The notes beneath the pieces are model-generated. The model saw only the letters and a list, made by a program, of their open reading frames with translations. It was not told the DNA's origin and did not search any database. Shown here in pieces: positions 46,216-60,212 of a stretch of DNA of 64,000 nt (positions within the stretch are counted from its first letter, which is position 1; the number at the start of each line of letters is the position of its first letter). The position numbers were made by a program, and so were the translations under genes. Source of the DNA: Laetmonice hystrix (Eukaryota); NCBI GenBank assembly GCA_965235115.1, contig OZ249436.1, positions 994,001-1,058,000 of the forward strand, given 5' to 3'.

Positions 46216-49200
46216 ATAGAGCCCAACCCCTGGATATGTTCCATAAACATGTATCCCTAGTATGTTAATGTATCTATATTATCCATTATATAAACATGTA
46301 TCCATAGTATGTTAATGTATCTATATTTCCATTATATAAACATGTATCCCTAGTATGTTAATGTATCTATATTTCCATTATATAAACATGTATCCTCAGT
46401 ATGTTAATGTATCTATATTTCCATTATATAAACATAGTATGTTAATGTTTCTATATTTCCATTATATAGGTGGCCTTCTCAGTGACTTCTTTCGAGGAGA
46501 CCATTTCCTAAGATGGTGCTGCCATCTTCCGGGGAGACTTCTGCCATTTCCCGCAGTGAACCTCTCAAGTAGGAATGAGTCTACTTTGATACCGTACGTC
46601 TTCATGGATTACTTACTGGAGGGAGGTACATTTTCATGGATTACTTACTGGAAGGAGTGTTATGTCCTGATGGATTTAAATCCTGATGAGCCTAATAGGA
46701 TTATATGCATGAGCCGATATGCCTGATGAACTGATATGCCTGATGAACTGATATGCCTGATGAACTGATTAGCCTGAGAACTGATATGCCGGGTGGCATG
46801 AATTACCAGGCTTCAATCAACCAGGCCAAGACTACGTGAGGCGGCACCAGGACACTAGATCAGTGAGTACTTTCCTCTACACGCGCATTCTGCCGAATTT
46901 ATCAATTGTATTTAATTTTTTCGAGAGTAAGATAAAGGTAACATTCTCCCTTCATGACTCTCCACACAATTTTTTAATAGTACTTTCAAATCAACTTTTG
47001 AATCGCAGACTCTATAACCTTAATCTATTCAGACCTTTCCGTATTCAAGGGATGTCAATAACTCGTATAACTCGTATTTTTTAAAACAATGACCTTTTCG
47101 GGGTTTCTCAGATTTGGAATGTTTGGGAGGATTACCCTCAACTAATTCATTATGTCTGCATATGGTAGGTGTTATATAAGTACATGTATTCTTTTCTTTG
47201 CAGTATATGTGCCATCGTCGACAGGTAGGGAAGATTTCTAGTACTAGCCAGAGATAAACCTGGAGACGTCCAGCTATATCTCGCGTTAAGGTCGCAGAGC
47301 TAAGGACCACATGTTCTGAACTCTGGTATTTAACTACCAAATTCAATGGTATACAACAGGGTAAAATGTTCGCCCCAGTGGATAACATTGAATTTGTAAA
47401 TAAATGAAGGACCAAATGATTTCGATAAACCGAACGCAAGTTATAGAACTTGCATTAGCTGATCAATACATGGTAGGTAGGGATCGATGGGATAACTGTA
47501 CATGTCAACGTTTGACAATACAAACTACAAGCATAGGTAGTGATAGCGGTGTGGAGATTTTATCCACAGATTTCTATAGTATGGATATTCGCTGGATATG
47601 GACCATATCACCTATTGATCGCCGTCCATATTTAAAACAAGTACACTTATTGGTTGGCGAGACCGCCAGGAAGTCTAACATTCAACAATCGAATATCATC
47701 GCGATTTCGAACATCATCGCCATTTCTGGCATACAGTGAGGCTTGTCACCGCCTCAGATTATTTATCAACACATTATATATCACACATTATACATTGAAT
47801 TATCCACATTATTACACTCGTACCTTTCCTATACATGAATGTCGAACGAACAGCCACCTTACTTCAGGAGTGAGCTCTCAGGATTGATTCCCACATAACT
47901 TTGGTTTGCAATGGGATTTCTACGCGTTTCTTGAACCAAAAGAGCACACAAGTATGGTGTATCCCTCACTTTTGTTTCCACCTACAGGTAATTCAGTTTA
48001 CATCAAGTTGACATTATACAACCCGCCTGGACATGTAAGTCGTGTGAAGTACGACTTCATCGCGATATTTTTATGAATTGTTCTTTTTCGCGTGTTTTTT
48101 CAAGGATGCTTTTTTTCGCGGGTTTTTTTAAGCTTGCTTTTTTCGCGTGTTTTTTCAAGGTTGATTTTTTCCGCGTGGTTTTTTCCAAGCTTGTTATTTT
48201 CGCGTAGTTTTTTCAAGCTTGCTTTTTTGAACCATTATGGCAAATTCACTTTGACTTTTCGTACGCGGACGTGTGTCGCAGATCTCTCACGAGTTTCCCT
48301 GTGCAATCTTTGTCAGGGTATTTTCTTGTACCGTGACATTAGATTGTGACAGATGATTTAAGGCTTTAAGTTTTACCCACATACAGGTGAATTTTTACCC
48401 ACATACAGGTAATTCAGCGAGGAACAAGATTCAGTCTTAGGTTTGCATTTTGACAGACCCCCGTCTGTATGTAATGTAAACCAGGACATTGTCGCGATAT
48501 TTTTATGACGCGCTATTTTCACGATATTTTTCATTCACTCGCGTGTCTTTTTTCATCTCGATTCCGAAGATTCACCTTGATATTTTCGGACGTGCATTTT
48601 TTGCAACGTGTCTCTCGCGGATTCTGTTGTCGACACCGTCCTGGTCCCGTCGTACTGATGAAACCCTAGGAATTCCTATTGATGGTAGGTATTGATCTTT
48701 AGGTTTAAGTTGTCATGTCTCGTCCATGTCTTTGTCTTTGTCCTGTTTTATTATTCCAAATTAAGACTCGATGTTAAACTCGGTATTTGGCACTTTGGTT
48801 GGCATTTATTTTAATACTTTTACTTGCTAAATTATGAGCCACAGATCCAGGTATAATTTCGATATAAAGTTCACCTGTCTTTTGGCTCAGTATAAAAGTG
48901 TCCTTAAATTTTGATCCTTCGCACTTTCTTTTGATTAAGGTAAGTTATCTACTGGGAGTGTGAACGATCTTAATTTATGGACATTGTTTTAGGAGTATTC
49001 CAAAGGCGGTGGTGATGAAATCAATGAACCATCGGGAACTGTGAAAGACTACAACGTGATGTTGCAGATCGAATCTGTGAAACGATGGTCGTAGTCGTCA
49101 TTGAATCACCACCGTATAATATCTGAATGAAGATCTCATAACAAAGAATCGCTCATAATCTGAATTTGTTAAACATTGAAAGTTTTTTCTTCTTTTTGTT

Positions 49201-49295
49201 GCTGCCGCACGGTGCTGTTCCTGCTAGTAGGCCTACTCATGATGTCAAATCTTTGACAGACAAAAATCTGTTCTTAATATTTGCGTACATATTTT

Positions 49296-49495
49296 CAGGG
49301 CCGGAGCCTGCCCAAAAATGTCAGGGGGGGGGGGGGGGGCAGTGTCCTATGAACATTAACCACATAGGCCTAACGCGTGATAGCGCGTCATTGCGCCGGT
49401 CGAGCTGCATGGGTTACAAAAAATTGAAATCCCAGGGGGGCAGTTGTTCCCCTTGCCCCCCCCCCCCCCAGGCTACTGCCCGCAGGCTACGGCCA
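49296..49495. mobile_element. MITE with CAGGGCC(G/A)(G/T)AGCCTGC termini (also ~57864-58046; fragment at 23149-23270)
   Basis: CAGGGCCGGAGCCTGC...GCAGGCTACGGCC imperfect inverted ends. Confidence 0.55.
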
Positions 49496-50067
49496 CATGT
49501 GATAGCTCGACACCAGGACATTGTACATTGGTGTTCACAGAATGTAGGAAAATGAACTTTTCTTTCAATTTCTTTTGGGTATGTACCCGACCCTTTAGCA
49601 TGGCGTTGCAGCTCTGGTGGTTGCAGGTATTTCACTGCGCCCAGACGTTCCTAAAAGCAAGCGTCACACCTGATGGCTAACGTACAGATCCACAGAGGCC
49701 TGCTCGATGTTTCATGCAGGCAAAGGCTACTGACATTTCTTCACACGTCAGTGAGTCGCAAAACAACAGACCCAAACAATAGAGCGTGTAATAATAGTCT
49801 GTCCCTGCGACTGGCGCTCTTATTTGCATATCAAATAGGTATCAAGACATGGTCACGTGATCAGAGAGGGCGCTCACGTCGCAATTTTGCTGGGTAGTTT
49901 TCAAAATAAACAAATGTATCCGTTTATGTTCACTAAAACTTCGTTCTGTTTGCACATGGATTACAAAGGATGGTTCATTGGGGAACTAAAAGGGAGCTGA
50001 GATGAGTCATGAAAGACAGGAGTCAAAACATATTACTCTAAGATATTATATCTATAGCAATCTTCGA

Positions 50068-50102
50068 TTCTTTTGAGACAGAGTGTGGCCCTGACAAGGG
50101 CC
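50068..50102 (-). terminator. Histone-type stem-loop (50087-50102) plus HDE-like element, copy 3
   Basis: Identical hairpin and CAAAAGAA. Confidence 0.75.
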
Positions 50103-50132
50103 GTGTAAGTTTGTGTGAGAGAATGGTTCTCT

Positions 50133-50453
50133 TCACTGGTGCTGGTCGTCTTCATCCTCGCACACCTCCTCCCAGTCCACCTGAAACTCCTCCATGAGGC
50201 GGTCCTCCATATCGTCCAGGAGGTCGGCACGGCTGTTGGCATACTCCCAGAACATGTTCCTCACTCCCTCCAGGGTGACCAGACGGAGCCGGTTGTGGTA
50301 GCGGAAGGAGCGGCGGTTCTTGCGGACGGCACGTTCGTGTTTGGCCCTCATTTCCTTGATACGGTTGTTGAGGAGATTGACTTGCTGACAGGCCACCTTG
50401 AACGTGCGGTCCATCTGGCGCATCTCAGAGATGAGTTTATCAACTGTAGCCAT
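50133..50453 (-). CDS. 106-aa protein, copy 3
   Basis: MATVDKLISEMRQMDRT..., intact ORF. Confidence 0.85.
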   Translation of the reverse strand: MATVDKLISEMRQMDRTFKVACQQVNLLNNRIKEMRAKHERAVRKNRRSFRYHNRLRLVTLEGVRNMFWEYANSRADLLDDMEDRLMEEFQVDWEEVCEDEDDQHQ

Positions 50454-51302
50454 GACTGTAGTAAAATATTCTGAGGGAATTGTTGCAAGCTGAAGGCTTA
50501 ACGATGATTGTTTCCAAGTAATGCTGGTGCCCGTAATATATGGTGGGAAAGAATCAGTGTGGAGGTGAGTGTTGATGGCAAGAGGCGGTCGTGAGGTGCG
50601 ATAAAGGGTGCATATGCTCACTCTGAGCTATTCACTCAGTTGACACCTGACAAATGTGTCAGACGCTACATAGCCCTGACAGCATGGCCGCTTTTTTTCG
50701 AATTTGGCGTGAAGTCATTAGAAGCCGGTAGCAGTTCTCGCCCAATCGGTAACTAAATCACTGCCTTTTTTTTTTTTTTTTATCTCATGGCGTTAATTCG
50801 TTCAGCCCCACGTCTTGTGACTTCATTCGACTTAGTAACTCCCTCCGTAAGAGGTCGCCACCGTGTTTATAGTGAGCCAAATTCCGCGACCACCGTTTTA
50901 GTTTACGCCCCTTCCGATAGAGGACGCCAAAGTACCTGACCATGCCGTGCTCGATCAACTCAGCGCATTACACCCGCCTAAAGGCTCAGCTCTGTCTTCC
51001 CACGAATGTGTTATATTTCATTCGTTGTCTTAACCTTGCTTTTCATTAGGATTATAATATGATATAGATTCAATATCGTAAGGATACTGTTGAATTTGTG
51101 AACATAATTAATGTGTTCGTGTCTATAGGCCGCCTGCAAAGAGAAAAGCCAGGCAACAATGCGTGACAAAGCACTAGAAACTGTGCAAGAATGGACAGGG
51201 GGCACATAGAGGGAGGCATGAATATAGAAATTGATACGAAGTAGGTTACTTTTTACTATCTTCTTTTCAAAGTATTTAATTATATCGGAGTACAGGGATC
51301 TT

Positions 51303-51559
51303 CAGGGGCGGATTTAGGGGGTGCCGAGGGGGCCGCCCCCCCTTTCGTCAGGATACCAATCAGAAAAAAAGAAAACTTTTGTTGTTTGCAACTGTAATTT
51401 AAACATTTTGCTTTCTCAAAATGCAGGAAACGCCATTTCAGAGACTCTAGGTGTTCAAAATTATCCGGGGGCATGCCCCCGGACCCCCCTAGCAGGGCTC
51501 GGCCCCCCTTTAATTCCAACCGCCCCCCCCCCCTTTCCAAAATCCTGGATCCGCCCCTG
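51303..51559. mobile_element. Duplicated copy of the CAGGGGCGGAT MITE
   Basis: Same element at the corresponding site in duplication unit 2. Confidence 0.75.
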
Positions 51560-52089
51560 GTCTTGCAATATAACTGGCATGCCATTTAATGTACTGTTTA
51601 TAGAGGCACGATATGAAATTCTTTTTTATTCATTCTCGGACGACTTCGTTCTGTTTCCACATGGATTACAAAGAATGGTTCGTTGGGGAACTAAAAGGGA
51701 GCTGAGAAGAGTCATGAATTCGACAATTGTCTATTGTTGCACAGTTTCTAGTGCTTTGACACGCATTGTTGCCTGGCTTTTCTCTTTGCAGGCGGCCTAT
51801 ACACACATAGAGGGAGACATGAATATAGACATTGATACGAAGTAGGTTACTTTTTACTATCTTCTTTTCAAAGTATTTAATTATATCGGAGTACAGGGAT
51901 CTTGCAATATAACTAGCATGCCATTTAATGTACTGTTATAGAGGCACGATATGAAATTCTTTTTTATTCATTCTCGGACGACTTCGTTCTGTTTCCACAT
52001 GGATTACAAAGGATGGTTCATTGGATAACTAAAAGGGAGCTGATAAGAGTCATCAAAGACAGGAGTCAAAACAAAATAACAATCATCGA

Positions 52090-52124
52090 TTCTTTTGAGA
52101 CAGAGTGTGGCCCTGACAAGGGCC
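52090..52124 (-). terminator. Histone-type stem-loop (52109-52124) plus HDE-like element, copy 4
   Basis: Identical hairpin and CAAAAGAA. Confidence 0.75.
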
Positions 52125-52154
52125 GTGTAGGTTTGTGTGAGAGAATGGTTCTCT

Positions 52155-52475
52155 TCACTGGTGCTGGTCGTCCTCATCCTCGCACACCTCCTCCCAGTCG
52201 ACCTGAAACTCCTCCATGAGGCGGTCCTGCATATCGTCCAGGAGGTCGGCACGGCTGTTGGCGTACTCCCAGAACATGTTCCTCACTCCCTCCAGGGTGA
52301 CCAGACGGAGGCGGCTGTGGTAGCGGAAGGAGCGGCGGTTCTTGCGGACGGCACGGTCGTGTTTGGTCCTCATTTCCTTGATACGGTTGTTAAGGAGATT
52401 GACTTGCTGACAGGCCACCTTGAACTTGCGGTCCATCTGGCGCATCTCTGAGATGAGTCTTTGAACTGGAGCCAT
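52155..52475 (-). CDS. 106-aa protein, copy 4
   Basis: MAPVQRLISEM..., intact ORF. Confidence 0.85.
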   Translation of the reverse strand: MAPVQRLISEMRQMDRKFKVACQQVNLLNNRIKEMRTKHDRAVRKNRRSFRYHSRLRLVTLEGVRNMFWEYANSRADLLDDMQDRLMEEFQVDWEEVCEDEDDQHQ

Positions 52476-53371
52476 GACTGTAGTAAAATATTCTGAGGGA
52501 ATTGTTGCAAGCTGAAGGCTTAACGATGATTGTTTCCAAGTAATGCTGGTGCCCGTAATATATGGTGGGAAAGAATCACTGTGTAGGTGAGTGTTGATGG
52601 CAAGAGGCGGTCGTGAGGTGCGATAAAGGGTGCTCACTCTGAGCTAGTCGCTCAGTTGACACCTGACAAATGTGTCAGACGCTACATAGCCCTGACAGCA
52701 TGGCCGCTTTTTTTCGAATTTGGCGTGAAGTCATTAGAAGCCGGTAGCAGTTCTCGCCCAATCGGATAATTACATCACTGTCTTTTTTTTTATCTCATGG
52801 CGTTAATTCGTTCAGCCCCACGTCTTGTGACTTCATTCTACTTAGTAACTCCCTCCGTAAGAGGTCGCCACCGTGTTCATAGTGAGCCAAATTCCGCGAC
52901 CACCGTTTTAGTTTATGCCCCTTCCGATAGAGGGCGCCAAAGTACCTGACCATGCCGTGCTCGATCAACTCAGCGCATTACACCCGCCTGAAAGCTCAGC
53001 TCTGTCTTCCTACGAATGTGTTATATTTCATTCATTGTCTTAACCTGGCTTTTCATTAGGATTATAATGATATACATTCAATATCGTATGGATACTATTG
53101 AATTTGTTTAAGATTTTTCAAAAAGAATTTTCAACCTGCCGTCCATTCTGTTCAAGAATAGAAAAGGGGACGGGCCCTAGAGTGATCAAGCATGTGAGGG
53201 GGGCGGGCCCTAGAGTGGTCATACTTTGTATTCTATTGTTATTGACAAAACCTAGCAATTCAAGGTACACTTTTCTGGGGGGAGTCACTGAGTTGAAGTT
53301 TTTTTTTTGTCCAATATAAACAATATTCTTGTGTTTCTAGGGAAAGATTCGCTATTTACTAAAACATGTTC

Positions 53372-53517
53372 TAATCACCCCTGACCCCTAGAATGTAATC
53401 ACCCCTGACCCCTAGAATGTAATCACCCCTGACCCCTAGAATGTAATCACCCCTGACCCCTAGAATGTAATCACCCCTGACCCCTAGAATGTAATCACTC
53501 CTGACCCCTAGAATGTA
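53372..53517. repeat. 24-bp minisatellite, 6 copies (also 62545-62690)
   Basis: aatcacccctgacccctagaatgt. Confidence 0.9.
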
Positions 53518-56500
53518 CACAATTTTAACCGTGAAAACAAGAATGCTCGTTTGTTGAACAACATCACACAATGGTAATTCCTGTGGCGTCTGGTCTGAGA
53601 TAAATTTGTAAACATGTAGGTAGCTATATCGGAAATAGTTTGATTTTTTCTAACATAAGATGCAATTGGTTCCTTTTAATCAGCCGAACATGGCTGAAGA
53701 AGATATATTCGACCGACTCGAATATTCGGCCGACTGTGAACAACTGAGTGCGCTGCCCTAGCACTAGATCTACGATCTACGTTGCAGTTTTAAAGAGGGG
53801 GGGGGGGGTCGTACTTTTGAAAGGGGATTTTACGAATTTAACACCGGCCCGAGGCCACATGCAGCCAAAGGGCCAGGCAGAGGTCATGAAGAGCATATTT
53901 TTATTTAAAAAAGGCAGGTTTCCTTCGTGTCAGCTCCCCCCTCCCCGCTAAATACGGATCTAATATTGGCATTTCATCGAACAAGTCGCGAAACTACACA
54001 CCACACATTACATAACTGGTCCAAATGTGTCCTTGAACGGGCGAGCGTCTCGACACGGGATGTCACGAAAATAGAACCAAGATCGAAGCGTTTGAACTTT
54101 GACATGGACTGGTTCGTCTGGACGCATTCTGTCACGTGGCACGCAACTATATAAAGATTACCATTTCGAGAATACGGTCAGTCAGCAAGTTGAAAAGGCC
54201 CCGCGAACATTGAAAGATCACGTTGTCAGGAATGAGAGGTAAGATTGTTTCGGAACGTTGCCTTTATAATGTATGGATAGAAACATGCGGGACAAGACAC
54301 GTGCATGCATGTGCTCTAGTCCCGTCTAGGGCATTTGCCCCCCAGACATCCGCCCCAAGACATTTTCCCCCGGATTTTTGACCCCCGGACATTTCCTCCC
54401 GTAGGACTTCTGCCCCCTAGGAAATCTGCCCCCCAGACTTCCACCCACCCCCCACCCCCGGACATTAACCCCCGTAGGACTTCTGCTCCCCTAGGACACC
54501 TAACCATAACCCTAACACTAACACTAGGGGGCATATGTCCTAGGAGGGGGGGGGGGGGGCAAAAGTTCTACGGGGCTAATGTCCGGGGGGGGGGGCAATA
54601 TCTGGGGGGAGGGCAGATGTCCTAGGGGGCAGAAGTCCGGGGGCTGATGTCCTAGGGGGCAGATGTCCTAGGGGACAGAAGTCCGGGGGCAGATGTCCAG
54701 TAGGAAGTGTCCTGATACCGTATAGAGCCCAACCCCTGGATATGTTCCATAAACATGTATCCCTAGTATGTTAATGTATCTATATTATCCATTATATAAA
54801 CATGTATCCATAGTATGTTAATGTATCTATATTATCCATTATATAAACATGTATCCCTAGTATGTTAATGTATCTATATTTCCATTATATAAACATGTAT
54901 CCCTAGTATGTTAATGTATCTATATTTCCATTATATAAACATGTATCCTCAGTATGTTAATGTATCTATATTTCCATTATATAAACATAGTATGTTAATG
55001 TTTCTATATTTCCATTATATAGGTGGCCTTCTCAGTGACTTCTTTCGAGGAGACCATTTCCTAAGATGGTGCTGCCATCTTCCGGGGAGACTTCTGCCAT
55101 TTCCCGCAGTAAACCTCTCAAGTAGGAATGAGTCTACTTTGATACCGTACGTCTTCATGGATTACTTACTGGAGGGAGGTACATTTTCATGGATTACTTA
55201 CTGTAAGGAGTGTTATGTCCTGATGGATTTAAATCCTGATGAGCCTAATAGGATTATATGCATGAGCCGATATGCCTGATGAACTGATATGCCTGATGAA
55301 CTGATTAGCCTGAGAACTGATATGCCGGGTGGCATGAATTACCAGGCTTCAATCAACCAGGCCAAGACTACGTGAGGCGGCACCAGGACACTAGATCAGT
55401 GAGTACAACTTTCCTCTACACGCGCATTCTGCCGAATTTATCAATTGTATTTAATTTTTTCGAGAGTAAGATAAAGGTAACATTCTCCCTTCATGACTCT
55501 CCGTACAATTTTAAATAGTACTTTCAAATCAACTTTTGAATCGCAGACTCTATAACCATAATCTATTCAGACCTTTCCGTATTCAAGGGATGTCAATAAC
55601 TCGTATAACTCGTATTTTTTAAAACAATGACCTTTTCGGGGTTTCTCAGATTTGGAATGTTTGGGAGGATTACCCTCAACTGATTCATTATGTCTGCATG
55701 TGGTAGGTGTTATATAAGTACATGTATTCTTTTCTTTGCAGTATATGTGCCATCGTCGACAGGTAGGGAAGATTTCTAGTACTAGCCAGAGATAAACCTG
55801 GAGACGTCCAGCTATATCTCACGTTAAGGTCGCAGAGCCAAGGACCACATGTTCTGAACTCTGGTATTTAACTACCAAATTCAATGGTATACAACGGGGC
55901 AAAATGTTCGCCCCAGTGAATAACATTGAATTTGTAAATAAATAAAGGACCAAATGATTTCGATAAACCGAACGCAAGTTATAGAACTTGCATTAGCTGA
56001 TCAATACATGGTAGGTAGGGATAGATGGGATAACTGTACATGTCAACGTTTGACAATACAAACGACAAGCATAGGTAGTGATAGCGTGTGGACATTTTAC
56101 CCACAGATTTCTATAGTATGGATATTCGCTGGATATGGACCATATCACCTATTGATCGCCGTCCATATTTAAAACAAGTACACTTATTGGTTGGCGAGAC
56201 CGCCAGGAAGTCTAACATTCAACAATCGAATATCATCGCGATTTCGATCATCATCGCCATTTCTGGCATACAGTGAGGCTTGTCACCGCCTCAGATTATT
56301 TATCAACACATTATATATTATACATTGAATTATCCACACATTATATATCACACATTATACATTGAATTATCCACATTATTACACTCGTACCTTTCCTATA
56401 CATGAATGTCGAACGAACAGTCACCTTACTTCAGGAGTGAGCTCTCAGGATTGATTCCCACATAACTTTGGTTTGCAATGGGATTTCTACGCGTTTCTTG

Positions 56501-59500
56501 AACCAAAAGAGCACACAAGTATGGTGTATCCCTCACTTTTGTTTCCACCTACAGGTAATTCAATTTACATCAAGTTGACATTATACAACCCGCCTGGACA
56601 TGTAAGTCGTGTGAAGTACGACTTCATCGCGATATTTTTATGAATTGTTCTTTTTCGCGTGTTTTTTCAAGGATGCTTTTTTTCGCGGGTTTTTTTAAGC
56701 TTGCTTTTTTCGCGTGTTTTTTCAAGGTTGATTTTTTCCGCGTGGTTTTTTCCAAGCTTGTTATTTTCGCGTAGTTTTTTCAAGCTTGCTTTTTTGAACC
56801 ATTATGGCAAATTCTCTTTGACTTTTCGTACGCGGACGTGTGTCGCAGATCTCTCACGAGTTTCCCTGTGCAATCTTTGTCAGGGTATTTTCTTGTACCG
56901 TGACCTTAGATTGTGACAGATAATTTAAGGCTTTAAGTTTTACCCACATACAGGTGAATTTTTACCCACATACAGGTAATTCAGCGAGGAACAAGATTCA
57001 GTCTTAGGTTTGCATTTTGACAGACCCCCGTCTGTATGTAATGTAAACCAGGACATTGTCGCGATATTTTTATGACGCGCTATTTTCACGATATTTTTCA
57101 TTCACTCGCGTGTCTTTTTTCATCTCGATTCCGAAGATTCACCTTGATATTTTCGGACGTGCATTTTTTGCAACGTGTCTCTCGCGGATTCTGTTGTCGA
57201 CACCGTCCTGGTCCCGTCGTACTGATGAAACCCTAGGAATTCCTATTGATGGTAGGTATTGATCTTTAGGTTTAAGTTGTCATGTCTCGTCCATGTCTTT
57301 GTCTTTGTCCTGTTTTATTATTCCAAATTAAGACTCGATGTTAAACTCGGTATTTGGCACTTTGGTTGGCATTTATTTTTAATACTTTTACTTGCTAAAT
57401 TATGAGCCACAGATCCAGGTATAATTTCGATATAAAGTTCACCTGTCTTTTGGCTCAGTATAAAAGTGTCCTTAAATTTTGATCCTTCGCACTTTCTTTT
57501 GATTAAGGTAAGTTATCTACTGGGAGTGTGAACGATCTTAATTTATGGACATTGTTTTAGGAGTATTCCAAAGGCGGTGGTGATGAAATCAATGAACCAT
57601 CGGGAACTGTGAAAGACTACAACGTGATGTTGCAGATCGAATCTGTGAAACGATGGTCGTAGTCGTCATTGAATCACCACCGTATAATATCTGAATAAAG
57701 ATCTCATAACAAAGAATCGCTCATAATCTGAATTTGTTAAACATTGAAAGTTTTCTTTTTTCTGTTGCTGCCGCACGGTGCTGTTCCTGCTGGTAGGCCT
57801 ACTCATGATGTGAAATCTTTGAACAGACAAAAATCTGTTCTTAATATTTGCGTACATAACTTCAGGGCCATAGCCTGCCCAAAAATGTCGGGGGGGGGAG
57901 TGTCCTATGAACATTAACCAGATAGGCCTAACGCGTGATAGCGCGTCAATGCGCCGGTCGAGCTGGGTTACAAAAAATTGAAATCCCAGGGGGGCAGTTG
58001 TTCCCCTTGCCCCCCCCCCCAGGCTACTGCCCGCAGGCTACGGCCACATGTGATAGCTCGACACCAGGACATTGTACATTGGTGTTCACAGAATGTAGGA
58101 AAATGAACTTTTCTTTCAATTTTTTTTGGGTATGTACCCGACCCTGTAGCATGGCGTTGCAGCTCTGGTGGTTGCAGGTATTTCACTGCGCCCATACTTT
58201 CCTAAAAGCAAGCGTCACACCTGATGGCTAAATATACGTACAGATCCACATAGGCCTGCTCGATGTGTCATGCAGGCAAAGGCTACTGACATTTCTTCAC
58301 ACGTCAGTGAGCGGCAAAACAACAGACCCAAACAATAGAGCGTCTAATAATAGTCTGTCCCTGCGACTGGCACTCTTATTTACATATCAAATAGGTATCA
58401 AGACATGCTCACGTGACTAGAGATGGCGCTCACGTCGCAATTTTGCTGGGTAGTTTTCAAAATACACAAATGTATCTGTTTATGTTCACTAAAACAAATT
58501 TTACAGAGGTAAAATGTCTATCACAATTTGCCTTTAATCTTTACCTAAAACCTGTAGTACTTGAATACTTCTAATTTCGCCGGAACTCTGTTTGTATCCT
58601 AGCATAACGTTGAGTGTATGTGCACACCCTTTCTGTGGTCCTCGAACTGGAGGGGGGTATATAAAGCAATTGGTACCACTGTAGTAATGTAGGGAACAGC
58701 GAGACGCCGGTCTCCACGTTCGGTCGTAGTCTGGAAACAGACGCTGTTGAAAACCTGACAGTACGAAGAGTTCGGCTCGGTTGGTGTGTGTCCACTTGGA
58801 GAGGTGAGGGTGTAACTCGGCGATAAGTGTGACACAACTCTTCTAAAGGGATCTAGCAATAGAACCCGTACCCCGTCAGTGGGATCAATCTGCGGCAAGG
58901 TTCCAAATCAGTTGTCTCTCAATGGGTTATCGTGTGTTCTCCAGACGCCAGATCTTCGAACGGTATAGGACTTGGACCAAGTCTCAAGGATCAGTTCCCC
59001 TTTTTTAGTACTCTGAATTTTTAGTTACTCTCAGCTCGATACAAATGATAATAAAAAGTGTCCTGAGTCACTCTAGTCCCAGAACTCGATTCCTCCGTGA
59101 TCATCTCAAGTCAGTCAAATAAACTTTTATTGATGGACTTGGAGGAATATGTGCATTCAGAACTAACAACTGAAAACCTGTGGTTTTGAACTGTACCTGT
59201 GTGTAATGCATTATGGTTTTGAATCTTACATATAGGGGGAGAACTGAATAAAAGAATACTTTGATTCTTGGCTGTGCATGGGGTTGAAGTGACATGACAA
59301 ACTTTTGGTCAGTTGGTGACATGACAAACTTTAAGCCTGAGTCAAAAGCCTGGTTTGGATGACATTCACACCCATTGGCCCTGTGTGACACTGAGCTGGC
59401 AGGGTGCTTTTTGATGTCCGTGTCAGTTGTTCATGATGTCAATAACGAGTTTAAAGACTATAGGCCTACTATTTCAAAATTGTCAAAGGGGTACATTGTA

Positions 59501-59826
59501 CTTAGTAAATTCCATGTGAATGAAAATAACCTCCAGAGGTAAAGTCGGCACGGCAGTACATGCGGAACAGTTGCTATTATATCGGAACACAGGGAACTTG
59601 CAATATAACTGGGAACTTGCAATATAACTGATATTGTCTGTTATATGTCTGTTATAGAGGCACGGTTTGAAATTCTTTTTTAATCATTGTCGGACGACTT
59701 CGTTCTGTTTCCACATGGATTACAAAGGATGGTTCATTGGGGAACTAAAAGGGAGCTGAGATGAGTCATGAAAGACAGGAGTCAAAACATATTACTCTAA
59801 GATATTATATCTATAGCAATCTTCGA

Positions 59827-59861
59827 TTCTTTTGAGACAGAGTGTGGCCCTGACAAGGGCC
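59827..59861 (-). terminator. Histone-type stem-loop (59846-59861) plus HDE-like element, copy 5
   Basis: Identical hairpin and CAAAAGAA. Confidence 0.75.
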
Positions 59862-59891
59862 GTGTAGGTTTGTGTGAGAGAATGGTTCTCT

Positions 59892-60212
59892 TCACTGGTG
59901 CTGGTCGTCCTCATCCTCGCACACCTCCTCCCAGTCGACCTGAAACTCCTCCATGAGGCGGTCCTCCATATCGTCCAGGAGGTCGGCACGGCTGTTGGCG
60001 TACTCCCAGAACATGTTCCTCACTCCCTCCAGGGTGACCAGACGGAGCCGGGTGTGGTAGCGGAAGGTGCGGCGGTTCTTGCGGACGGCACGGTCGTGTT
60101 TGGTCCTCATGTCCCTGATACGGTTGTTGAGGAGATTGACTTGCTGACAGGCCACCTTGAACTTGCGGTCCATCTGGCGCATCTCAGAGATGAGTTTAGC
60201 AACTGGAGCCAT
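59892..60212 (-). CDS. 106-aa protein, copy 5
   Basis: MAPVAKLISEM..., intact ORF. Confidence 0.85.
   Translation of the reverse strand: MAPVAKLISEMRQMDRKFKVACQQVNLLNNRIRDMRTKHDRAVRKNRRTFRYHTRLRLVTLEGVRNMFWEYANSRADLLDDMEDRLMEEFQVDWEEVCEDEDDQHQ

Larger units (their letters stand above)
39660..49940. repeat. Segmental duplication unit 1 (two gene copies plus ~5 kb spacer)
   Basis: Collinear high identity with 49940-58490 and 59580-64000. Confidence 0.85.
49940..59580. repeat. Segmental duplication unit 2
   Basis: Collinear with unit 1; extra segment ~58490-59580. Confidence 0.85.
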
